Positions 1-11,805 of a stretch of 20,000 bases of DNA are shown one piece after another. Every line of letters starts with the position of its first letter. The stretch's first letter is position 1. A program made the position numbers and the translations under genes. A model generated the notes under the pieces. It did no database searches. It had not been told where the DNA came from and worked only from the letters and a program-made list of their open reading frames with translations. Source of the stretch: Raillietiella orientalis (taxonomy: Eukaryota); contig JAYWIR010000132.1 in the NCBI GenBank assembly GCA_036172245.1, forward strand, positions 57,750 through 77,749. The letters are read 5' to 3'.

Positions 1-820
1 ATTCACGGTATGGTATAAATTTACATCTTTTGCTGGTTTGTAATCAATTCGAAGTGAGGAAATTTCACCATGCACTGTTGCGTTTTTTCACGAAGCATCC
101 GTTGGCAGCGCGAGGAAATCTACCGGCACGGATCACCACACTATCTTGCGATTTCCTGCGTTTAGAGGTGGATGAAGAACAGTCCGACATTTCATTAGGG
201 AGGGGAACTTTGCACGCCGTGTTTTTTTCATGGCAACCACTGTCGGATTTGAAATGCGAATTATTTAATTCGATCTGATTCACCATATGGTATAGATTGA
301 CATCTTTTGTTGGTTTGTAATCAATTCGTAGTACGGAGATTCCACCATTGCACTTTTGCGCTTCTTCACGAAGCATCCGTTGGCAGCGCGTGGAAATCTA
401 CCGGCATGGATCACCACACTACCTTGCGATTTGCTGCGTTTAGAGGTGGATTAAGAAAAGTCCGACATTTGATTAGGGTGGGACACTTTGCACTCCGTGT
501 TGTTTTGATAACAACCACTGTCGGAGTTAAAAAGTGAATTTTTTAATTCGATCTGATTCATGGTATGGTGTAAATTTACATCTTTTGCTTTTTTGTAATC
601 AATTCGAAGTGAGGAGATTTCACCATGCACTGTTGCTCTTTTTCAAGAAGCATCCGTTGCAGCGCGAGGCAATCTACCGTCATGGATAACCTAACAACCT
701 TCCGATTTCCTGGTTTCAAAGGTGGATTAAGAAAAGTCCTACATTTGATTAGGGTGGGACACTTTGCACTCCGTGTTGTTTTGATAACAACCACTGTCGG
801 AGTTAAAAAGTGAATTTTTT
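1..820. repeat. 3-monomer block, copy 1 (near-identical to 3326-4145; offset 3325 bp = 12 monomers)
   Basis: About 6 substitutions seen over 820 bp. Shared rare variants include GAAATGCGAA, ATAGATTGACAT and the CGTTGCAGC 1-bp deletion. ORFs 307..537/3632..3862 and 625..813/3950..4138 are identical. Confidence 0.93.
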
Positions 821-3325
821 CATTCGATCTTATTCACGGTATGGTATAAATTTACATCTTTTGCTGGTTTGTAATCAATTCGAAGTGAGGAAGTTTCACC
901 ATGCGCTTTTGCGCTTTTTCACGAAGCATACGTTGGGAGCGCGAGGCAATCTACCGTCATGGATAACCGCACCACCTTGCGATTTCCTGCGTTTAGAGGT
1001 GTATTAAGAAAAGTCCGGCATTTCATTAGGGCGGGTAACCTTGCACTCCGTGTTGTTTTCATGACAACCACTGTCGGAATTAAAAAGTGAATTATTTAGT
1101 TCGATCTGATTCATTTTATGGTACAAATTTACATCTTTTGCTGGTTTGTAATCAATTCCAAGTGAGGAGATTTCACCCTGCACTGTTGCACTTTTTCACG
1201 CAGCAGACGTTGGCAGCCTGCGTCAATCTACCGTCATGGATAACCGCACCACCTTGCGATTACCTGGTTTCCGAGGTGGATTAAGAAATGTCCGACATTT
1301 GATTAGGGTGGGACACTTTGCACTCCGAGTTGTTTTGAAGGCAACCACTGTCGGAGTTAAAAAGTGAATTTTTTAATTCGATCTGATTCACGGTATGGTA
1401 TAAATTTACATCTTTTGCTGGTTTGTAATCAATTCGAAGTGAGGAAATTTCACCATGCGCTGTTGCGCTTTTTCACGAAGCATACGTTGGGAGCGCGAGG
1501 CAATCTACCGTCATGGATAACCGCACCACCTTGCGATTTCCTGGTTTCACAGGTGGATTAAGAAAAGTTCGACATTTGATTAGGATGGGAAACTTTGCAC
1601 TCCGAGTTGTTTTGATGGCAACAACTGTCGGAGTTAAAAAGTGAATTTTTTTATTCGATCTGATTCACGGTATGGTATAAATTTACATCTTTTTGTGGTT
1701 TGTATTCAATTCGAAGTGAGGAAATTTCACCATGCGCTGTTGCGCTATTTCACGAAGCATACGTGGAGAGCGCGAGGCAATATACCGTCATGGATAACCG
1801 CACCACCTTGCGATTTCCTGGTTTCGGAGGTGGATTAAGAAAAGTCCGACATTTCATTATGGCGCGACACTTTGCACTCCGTGTTGTTTTGACTGCAACC
1901 ACTATCGGAATTAGAAAGTGAATTATTTAATTCGATCTGATTCATTTTATGGTACAAATCTACATCTTTTGCTGGTTTGTAATCATTTCGAAGTACGAAG
2001 ATTTAATCATTGAACTTTTGCGCTTCTTGGCGAAGCATCCGTTGGCAGCGCGAGGCAATCTACCGTCATGGATCACCACACTTTCTTGCGATTTCCTGTG
2101 TTTAGAGGTGGATGAAGAACAGTCCGACATTTCATTAGGGCGGGGCACTTTGCACTCCTTGTTGTTTTCATGGCAACCACTATCGGAATTAGAAAGTGAA
2201 TTATTTAATTCGATCTGATTCACGGTATGGTATAAATTTACATCTTTTTGTGGTTTGTAATCAATTCGAAGTGAGGAAGTTTCACCATGCGCTTTTGCGC
2301 TTTTTCACGAAGCATACGTTGGGAGCGCGAGGCAATCTACCGTCATGGATAACCGCACCACCTTGCGATTTCCTGCGTTTAGAGCTGGATTAAGAAAAGT
2401 CCGGCATTTCATTAGGGCGGGTAACTTTGCACTCCGTGTTGTTTTCATGACAACCACTGTCGGAATTAAAAAGTGAATTATTTAGTTCGATCTCATTCAT
2501 TTTATGGTACAAATTTACATCTTTTGCTGGTTTGTAATCAATTCCAAGTGAGGAGATTTCACCCTGCACTGTTGCACTTTTTCACGCAGCAGACGTTTTC
2601 AACCCGCGTCAATCTACCGTCATGGATAACCGCACCACCTTGCGATTTCCTGGTTTCCGAGGTGGATTAAGAAATGTCCGACATTTGATTAGGGTGGGAC
2701 ACTTTGCACTCCGAGTTGTTTTGATGGCCACCACTGTCGGAGTTAAAAAGTGAATTTTTTTATTCGATCTGATTCACGGTATGGTATAAATTTACATCTT
2801 TTTGTGGTTTGTATTCAATTCGAAGTGAGGAAATTTCACCATGCGCTGGTGCGCTATTTCACGAAGCATACGTGGAGAGCGCGAGGCAATGTACCGTCAT
2901 GGATAACCGCACCACCTTGCGATTTCCTGGTTTCAGAGGTGGATTAAGAAATGTCCGACATTTGATTAGGGTGGGACACTTTGCACTCCGTGTTGTTTTG
3001 ATAACAACCACTGTCGGAGTTAAAAAGTGAATTTTTTAATTCGATCTGATTAATGGTATGGTATAAATTTACATCTTTTGCTTTTTTGTAATCAATTCGA
3101 AGTGAGGAAATTTCAACATGCACTGTTGCGCTTTTTCACGCAGCATCCGTTGGCAGCGCGAGGCAATCTACCGTAATGGATAACCACACCATCATGCGAT
3201 TTCCTGGTTTCAGAGGTGGATTAAGAAATGTCCGACATTTGATTAGGGTGGGACACTTTGCACTCCGAGTTGTTTTGATGGCAACCACTGTCGGAGTTAA
3301 AAAGTGAATTTTTTAATTCGATCTG

Positions 3326-4145
3326 ATTCACGGTATGGTATAAATTTACATCTTTTGCTGGTTTGTAATCAATTCGAAGTGAGGAAATTTCACCATGCAC
3401 TGTTGCGTTTTTTCACGAAGCATCCGTTGGCAGCGCGAGGAAATCTACCGGCACGGATCACCACACTATCTTCCGATTTCCTGCGTTTAGAGGTGGATGA
3501 AGAACAGTCCCACATTTCATTAGGGAGGGGAACTTTGCACGCCGTGTTTTTTTCATGGCAACCACTGTCGGATTTGAAATGCGAATTATTTAATTCGATC
3601 TGATTCACGATATGGTATAGATTGACATCTTTTGTTGGTTTGTAATCAATTCGTAGTACGGAGATTCCACCATTGCACTTTTGCGCTTCTTCACGAAGCA
3701 TCCGTTGGCAGCGCGTGGAAATCTACCGGCATGGATCACCACACTACCTTGCGATTTGCTGCGTTTAGAGGTGGATTAAGAAAAGTCCGACATTTGATTA
3801 GGGTGGGACACTTTGCACTCCGTGTTGTTTTGATAACAACCACTGTCGGAGTTAAAAAGTGAATTTTTTAATTCGATCTGATTCATGGTATGGTATAAAT
3901 TTACATCTTTTGCTGGTTTGTAATCAATTCGAAGTGAGGAGATTTCACCATGCACTGTTGCTCTTTTTCAAGAAGCATCCGTTGCAGCGCGAGGCAATCT
4001 ACCGTCATGGATAACCTAACAACCTTCCGATTTCCTGGTTTCAAAGGTGGATTAAGAAAAGTCCTACATTTGATTAGGGTGGGACACTTTGCACTCCGTG
4101 TTGTTTTGATAACAACCACTGTCGGAGTTAAAAAGTGAATTTTTT
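3326..4145. repeat. 3-monomer block, copy 2 (of 1-820)
   Basis: Same diagnostic variants as 1-820 at a constant offset of 3325. Confidence 0.93.
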
Positions 4146-6147
4146 AATTCGATCTGATTCACGGTATGGTATAAATTTACATCTTTTGCTGGTTTGTAAT
4201 CAATTCGAAGTGAGGAGATTTCACCATGCACTGTTGCGCTTTTTCACGAAACATACGTTGGCAGCGCGAGGCAATGTACCGTCATGGATAACCGCACCAC
4301 CTTGCGATTTCCTGCGTTTAGAGGTGGATTAAGAAAAGTCCGGCAATTTATTAGGGCGGGTAACTTTGCACTCCGTGTTGTTTTCATGACAACCACTGTC
4401 GGAATTAGAAAGTGAATTATTTAGTTCGATCTGATTCATTTTATGGTACAAATTTACATCTTTTGCTGGTTTGCAATCAATTCCAAGTGAGGAGATTTCA
4501 CCTTGAACTGTTGCACTTTTTCACGCAGCAGACGTTGGCATCCCGAGTCAATCTACCGTCATGGATAACCGCACCACCTTGCGATTTCCTGGATTCCAAG
4601 GTGCATTAAGAAATGTCCGACATTTGATTAGGGTGGGACACTTTGCAGTCCGAGTTGTTTTGATGGCAACCACTGTCGGAGTTAAAAAGTGAATTTTTTC
4701 ATTCGATCTTATTCACGGTATGGTATAAATTTACATCTTTTGCTGGTTTGTAATCAATTCGAAGTGAGAAAATTTCACCATGCGCTTTTGCGCTTTTTCA
4801 CGAAGCATACGTTGGGAGCGCGAGGCAATCTACCGTCATGGATAACCGCACCACCTTGCGATTTTCTGCGTTTAGAGGTGGATTAAGAAAACTCCGGCAT
4901 TTCATTAGGGCGGGTAACTTTGCACTCCGTGTTGTTTTCATGACAACCACTGTCGGAATTAAAAAGTTAATTATTTAGTTCGATCTGATTCATTTTATGG
5001 TACAAATTTACATCTTTTTGTGGTTTGTATTCAATTCGAAGTGAGGAAATTTCACCATGCGCTGTTGCGCTATTTCACGAAGCATACGTGGAGAGCGCGA
5101 GGCAATGTACCGTCATGGATAACCGCACCACCTTGCGATTTCCTGGTTTCGGAGGTGGATTAACAAAAGTCCGACATTTGATTATGGTGCGACACTTTGC
5201 ACTCCGTGTTGATTTGACTGCAGCCACTATCGGAATTAGAAAGTGAATTATTTAATTCGATCTGATTCATTTTATGGTACAAATTTACATCTTTTTGTGG
5301 TTTGTATTCAATTCGAAGTGAGGAAATTTCACCATGCGCTGTTGCGCTATTTCACGAAGCATACGTGGAGAGCGCGAGGCAATGTACTGTCATGGATAAC
5401 CGAACAACCTTCCGATTTCATGGTTTGATAGGTGGATTAAGAAAAGTCCGACATTTGATTGGGGTGGAACACTTTGCACTCCGTGTTCTTTTCATGACAA
5501 CCACTGTCGGAATTAGAAAGTGAATTATTTAGTTCGATCTGATTCATTTTATGGTACAAATTTACATCTTTTCCTGGTTTGTAATCAATTCGAAGTGAGG
5601 AGATTTCACCATGCACTGTTGCGCTTTTTCGCGAAGCATACGTTGGCAGTGCGAGGCAATCTACTGTCATGGATAACCGAACAACCTTCCGATTTCATGG
5701 TTTGAGAGGTGGATTAAGAAAAGTCCGACATTTGATTGTGGTGCGACACTTCGCATTCCGAGTTGTTTTGATGGCAACCACTGTAGGAGTTAAAAAGTGA
5801 ATTTTTTAATTCGATCTGATGCACGGTATGGTGTAAATTTACATCTTTTGCTGGTTTGTAATCAATTCGAAGTGAGGAAATTTCACCATGCGCTGTTGCG
5901 CTTTTTCACGAAGCATACGTTGGGAGCGCGAGGCAATCTACCGTCATGGATCACCGCACCACCTTGCGATTTGCTCTTCTCCGAGGTGTATTAAAAAAAG
6001 TCCGACATTTCATTTGAGCGGGGCACCTTCTCCTCTGTGTTGTATTCATGGAAACCAGGGAAGAAATGAGAAAGGGAATTTTTTAATTCCATCTGATTTA
6101 TTGTATGTTACAAATTTACATCTTTTGCTGGTTGGTAATCAATTCGT

Positions 6148-7107
6148 AGTACGGAGATTTCACCATTGCACTGTTGCGCTTTTTCACGAAGCATCCGTTG
6201 GCAGCGCGAGGCAATCTACCGTCATGGATAACCGCACCACCTTGCGATTTCCTGGTTTCAGAGGTGGATTAAGAAAAGTCCGACATTTGATTAGGGTGGG
6301 ACACTTTGCACTCCGTATTGTTTTCATGGCAACCACTGTCGGAATTAGAAAGTGAATTATTTTATTCGATCTGATTCATGGTGTGGTACAAATTTACATC
6401 TTTTGCTGGTTTGTAATCAATTCGAAGTGAGGAGATTTCACCATGCACTGTTGCGCTTTTTCACGAAGCATCCGTTGGCAGCGCGAGGCAATCTACCGTC
6501 ATCGAAAACCGCACCACCTTGCGATTTCCTGGTTTCAGAGGTGGATTAAGAAAAGTCCGACATTTCATTAGGGAGGAACACTTTGCACTGCGTGTTGTCT
6601 TCATGGCAACCACTATCGGCATTAGAAAGTGAATTATTTAATTCGATCTGATTCATTTTATGGTACAAATTTACATCTTTTGCTGGTTTGTAATCAATTC
6701 GAAGTACGGAGATTTCACCGTTGCACTTTTGCGCATCTTCACGAAGCATCCGTTGGCAGCGCGAGGCAATCTACCGGCGTGGATCACCACACTTCCTTGC
6801 GATTTCCTGCGTTTAGAGGTGGATGAAGAACAGCCCGACATTTGATTAGGGCGGGGCATTTTGCACTCCGTGTTGTTTTCATGGCAACCACTGTTGGAAT
6901 TGAAAAGTTAATTTTTAATTCGATCTGATTCACGGTATGGTATAAATTTACATCTTTAGCTGGTTTGTAAGCAATTCGAAGTGAGGAAATTTCACCATGC
7001 GCTGTTGCGCTTTTTGACGAAGCATACGTTGGCAGTGCGAGGCAATATACTGTCATGGATAACCGCACAACCTTCCGATTTCATGGTTTGAGAGGTGGAT
7101 TAAGAAA
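6148..7107. repeat. ~3.5-monomer block, copy 1 (essentially identical to 10030-10989; offset 3882 bp = 14 monomers)
   Basis: ORFs 6352, 6546, 6629, 6660, 6671 and 6784 are identical to 10234, 10428, 10511, 10542, 10553 and 10666. Shared private variants: TCATCGAAAACC, ACTATCGGCATTAG, CAGCCCGAC, CTTTAGCTGG, GTAAGCAATT. Confidence 0.95.
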
Positions 7108-8399
7108 GGTCCGACATTTGATTGGGGTGGAACACTTTGCACTCCGTATTGTTTTGATGGCAACCAAGGTGGGAATTAAAAAGTGAATTATTTTATTCGA
7201 TCTGATTCATGGTGTGGTACAAATTTACATTTTTTGCTGGTTTGTAATCAATTCGAAGTGAGGAGATTTCACCATACACTGTTGCGCTTTTTTACGAAGC
7301 ATACGTTGGCAGTGCGAGGTAATCCACTGTCATGGATAACCGAACAACCTTCCGATTTCATGCTTTGAGAGGTGGATTAAGAAAAGTCCGACATTTGATT
7401 GGGGTGGAACACTTTCCACTCCGTGTTGTTTTGATGGCAACCACTGTGGGAATTGAAAAGTGAATTATTTAATTCGATCTGATTCATGGTGTGGTACAAA
7501 TTTACATCTTTTGCTGGTTTGTAATCAATTCGACGTGAGGAGATTTCACCATACACTGTTGTGCTTTTTCACCTAGCATACGTTGCCAGTGCGAGGCAAT
7601 CTACTGTCATGGATAACCGCACAACCTTCCGATTTCATGGTTTGAGAGGTGGATTAAGAAAAGTCCGACATTTGATTGGGGTGGAACACTTTGCACTCCG
7701 TGTTGTTTTCATGGCGACCACTATCGGAATTAGAAAGTAAATTATTTAATTCGATCTGATTCATTTTATGGTATAAATTTACATCTTTTGCTGGTTTGTA
7801 ATTAATTCGAAGTGAGGAGATTTCACCATGCACTGTTGCGCTTTTTCACGAAGCATCCGTTGTCAGCGCGAGGCAATCTACCGTCATGGATCACCGCACC
7901 ACCTTGCGATTTGCTCTTTTCCGAGGTGTATTAAAAAAAGTCCGACATTTCATTTGAGCGGGACACCTTCTACTCTGTGTTGTATTCATGGATACCAGGG
8001 TAGAAATGAGAAAGGGAATTTTTCAATTCGATCTGATTCATTGTATGTTACAAATTTACATTTTTTGCTGGTTTGGAATCAATTCGCAGTGAGGAGATTA
8101 CACCATGCACTGTTGCGCTTTTTCACAAAGCATACGCTGGGAGCGCGAGGCAATCTACCGTCATGGATAACCGCACCACCTTGCGATTTCCTGGTTTCAG
8201 AGGTGGATTAAGAAAAGTCCGACATTTGATTAGGGTGGGGCACTTTGCACTCCGAGTAGTTTTGATGGCAACCACTGTCGGAGTTAAAAAGTGAATTATT
8301 TAATTCGATCTGATTCATTTTATGGTACAAATTTACATCTTTTGCTGGTTTGTAATCAATTCGAAGTGAGGAGATTTCAGCTTGCACTTTTGCGCTTTT

Positions 8400-9245
8400 T
8401 CACGAAGCATCCGTTGGCAGCGCGAGGAAATCTACCGGCACGGATCACCACACTATCTTGCGATTTCCTGCGTTTAGAGGTGGATGAAGAACAGTCGGAC
8501 ATTTCATTAGGGAGGGGAACTTTGCACGCCGTGTTGTTTTCATGGCAACCACTGTCGGTTTTGAAATGCGAATTATTTAATTCGATCTGATTCACGATAT
8601 GGTATAGATTTACATCTTTTGGTGGTTTGTAATCAATTCGTAGTACGGAGATTCCACCATTGCACTTTTGCGCTTCTTCACGAAGCATCCGTTTGCAGCC
8701 CGAGGCAATCTACCGTCATGGATAACCTAACAGCCCTCCAATTTCCTGGTTTCAAAGGTGGATTAACAAAAGTCCGACATTTGATTAGGGTGGGACACTT
8801 TGCACTCCGTGTTGTTTTGATAACAACCACTGTCGGAGATAAAAAGTGAATTTTCTAATTCGATCTGATTCATGGTATGGTATAAATTTACATCTTTTGC
8901 TGGTTTGTAATCAATTCGAAGTGAGGAGATTTCACCATGCACTGTTGCGTTTTTTCACGAAGCATCCGTTGGCAGCGCGAGGAAATCTACCGGCACGGAT
9001 CACCACACTATCTTGCGATTTCCTGCGTTTCGAGGTGGATGAAGAACAGTCCGACATTTCATTAGGGAGGGGAACTTTGCACGCCGTGTTGTTTTCATGG
9101 CAACCACTGTGGGTTTTGAAATGCGAATTATTTAATTCGATATGATTCACGATATGGTAAAGATTTACATCTTTTGGTGGTTTGTAATCAATTCGTAGTA
9201 CGGAGATTCCACCATTGCACTTTTGCGCTTCTTCACGAAGCATCC
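8400..9245. repeat. Local 555-bp dimer duplication related to the block at 1-530 / 3326-3860
   Basis: ORFs 8377..8688 and 8932..9243 are nearly identical to each other and to 65..376. Shared motifs GGCACGGATCACCACACTATC, GGGAGGGGAAC and GAAATGCGAA. Confidence 0.87.
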
Positions 9246-10029
9246 GTTGGCAGCCCGAGGCAATCTACCGTCATGGATCACCGCACCACCTAGCGATTTC
9301 CTGGTTTCAGAACAGGATTAAGAAAAGTCCGACAATTGATTAGGCTGGTGCACTTTGCACACCGTGTTGTTTCGATGGCAAACTCTGTCGGAGTTAAAAA
9401 GTGAATTTTTTTATTCGATCTCATTCACGGTATGGTATAAATTTACATCTTTTGGTGGTTTGTTATCTATTCGTAGTGCGGTGATTCCACCATTGCACTT
9501 TTGCGCTTCTTCACGAAGCATCCGTTGGCAGCCCGAGGCAATCTACCGTCATGGATAACCTAACAGCCCTCCAATTTCCTGGTTTCAAAGGTGGATTAAC
9601 AAAAGTCCGACATTTGATTGGGGTGGAACACTTTCCACTCCGTGTTGTTTTGATGGCAATCACTGTGGGAATTGAAAAGCGAATTATTTAATTCGATCTG
9701 ATTCATGGTGTGGTACAAATTTACATCTTTTGCTGGTTTGTAATCAATTCGAAGTGAGGAGATTTCACCATGCACTGTTGCGCTTTTTCACGAAGCATCC
9801 GTTGGCAGCGCGAGGCAATCTACCGTCATCGAAAACCGCACCACCTTGCGATTTCCTGGTTTCAGAGGTGGATTAAGAAAAGTCCGACATTTCATTAGGG
9901 AGGAACACTTTGCACTGCGTGTTGTCTTCATGGCAACCACTATCGGAATTAGAAAGTGAATTATTTAATTCGATCTGATTCATTTTATGGTACAAATTTA
10001 CATCTTTTGCTGGTTTGTAATCAATTCGA

Positions 10030-10989
10030 AGTACGGAGATTTCACCATTGCACTGTTGCGCTTTTTCACGAAGCATCCGTTGGCAGCGCGAGGCAATCTA
10101 CCGTCATGGATAACCGCACCACCTTGCGATTTCCTGGTTTCAGAGGTGGATTAAGAAAAGTCCGACATTTGATTAGGGTGGGACACTTTGCACTCCGTAT
10201 TGTTTTCATGGCAACCACTGTCGGAATTAGAAAGTGAATTATTTTATTCGATCTGATTCATGGTGTGGTACAAATTTACATCTTTTGCTGGTTTGTAATC
10301 AATTCGAAGTGAGGAGATTTCACCATGCACTGTTGCGCTTTTTCACGAAGCATCCGTTGGCAGCGCGAGGCAATCTACCGTCATCGAAAACCGCACCACC
10401 TTGCGATTTCCTGGTTTCAGAGGTGGATTAAGAAAAGTCCGACATTTCATTAGGGAGGAACACTTTGCACTGCGTGTTGTCTTCATGGCAACCACTATCG
10501 GCATTAGAAAGTGAATTATTTAATTCGATCTGATTCATTTTATGGTACAAATTTACATCTTTTGCTGGTTTGTAATCAATTCGAAGTACGGAGATTTCAC
10601 CGTTGCACTTTTGCGCATCTTCACGAAGCATCCGTTGGCAGCGCGAGGCAATCTACCGGCGTGGATCACCACACTTCCTTGCGATTTCCTGCGTTTAGAG
10701 GTGGATGAAGAACAGCCCGACATTTGATTAGGGCGGGGCATTTTGCACTCCGTGTTGTTTTCATGGCAACCACTGTTGGAATTGAAAAGTTAATTTTTAA
10801 TTCGATCTGATTCACGGTATGGTATAAATTTACATCTTTAGCTGGTTTGTAAGCAATTCGAAGTGAGGAAATTTCACCATGCGCTGTTGCGCTTTTTGAC
10901 GAAGCATACGTTGGCAGTGCGAGGCAATATACTGTCATGGATAACCGCACAACCTTCCGATTTCATGGTTTGAGAGGTGGATTAAGAAA
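10030..10989. repeat. ~3.5-monomer block, copy 2 (of 6148-7107)
   Basis: No mismatch found by eye against 6148-7107 in the stretches compared, and the translated ORFs are identical. Confidence 0.95.
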
Positions 10990-11013
10990 AGTCCGACATT
11001 TGATTGGGGTGGA

Positions 11014-11369
11014 ACACTTTGCACTCCGTGTTGTTTTGACTGCAACCACTATCGGAATTAGAAAGTGAATTATTTAATTCGATCTGATTCATTTTATGGT
11101 ACAAATCTACATCTTTTGCTGGTTTGTAATCATTTCGAAGTACGAAGATTTAATCATTGAACTTTTGCGCTTCTTGGCGAAGCATCCGTTGGCAGCGCGA
11201 GGCAATCTACCGTCATGGATCACCACACTTTCTTGCGATTTCCTGTGTTTAGAGGTGGATGAAGAACAGTCCGACATTTCATTAGGGCGGGGCACTTTGC
11301 ACTCCTTGTTGTTTTCATGGCAACCACTATCGGAATTAGAAAGTGAATTATTTAATTCGATCTGATTCA
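11014..11369. repeat. Copy of 1867-2222 (offset 9147 bp = 33 monomers)
   Basis: ORFs 1949..2218 and 11096..11365 give an identical 89-aa translation. Shared variants: GTACGAAGATTTAATCATTGAAC, CCTGTGTTTAG, CACTCCTTG. Confidence 0.92.
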
Positions 11370-11805
11370 TTTTATGGTACAAATTTACATCTTTTGCTGG
11401 TTTGAAATCATTTCGAAGTACGGAGATTTAATCATTCAACTTTTGCGCTTCTTGGCGAAGCATCCGCTGGCAGCGCGAGGCAATCTACCGTAATGGATAA
11501 CCGCACTATCATGCGATTTCCTGCGTTTAGAGGTGGATGAAGAACAGTCCGACATTTCATTAGGGCGGGACACTTTGCACTCCGTGTTGTTTTGGTAACA
11601 ACCACTGTCGCAGTTAAAAAGTGAATTTTTTAATTCGATCTGATTCACGGTATGGTATAAATTTACATCTTTTTGTGGTTTGTAATGAATTGGAAGTGAG
11701 GAGATTTCACCATGCACTGTTGCGCTTTTTCACGAAGCATACGTTGGCAGTGGGAGGCAATCTACTGTCATGGATAACCGAACAACCTTCCGATTTCATG
11801 GTTTG

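Noticed and set aside
325..341. CENP-B box-like motif (TTCG....A..CGGG) in TTCGTAGTACGGAG or TTCGATCTGATTCACGG
   Set aside because: The spacing and the CGGG core do not match the nine essential positions of the CENP-B box.
650..665. 1-bp indels as sequencing errors
   Set aside because: The same indels recur in independent copies (CGTTGCAGC near 655, 3980 and 15901; CACCATTGC in many units; the short T-run at 6907 and 10789), so they behave as real heritable variants.
1095..1112. Pol III B-box, or a tRNA/5S/SL RNA gene array (GTTCGATC; T-runs as terminators)
   Set aside because: GTTCGA occurs in only a minority of units (usually ATTCGA). I see no A-box at proper spacing, no tRNA cloverleaf, no 5S similarity and no canonical Sm site or known spliced-leader sequence.
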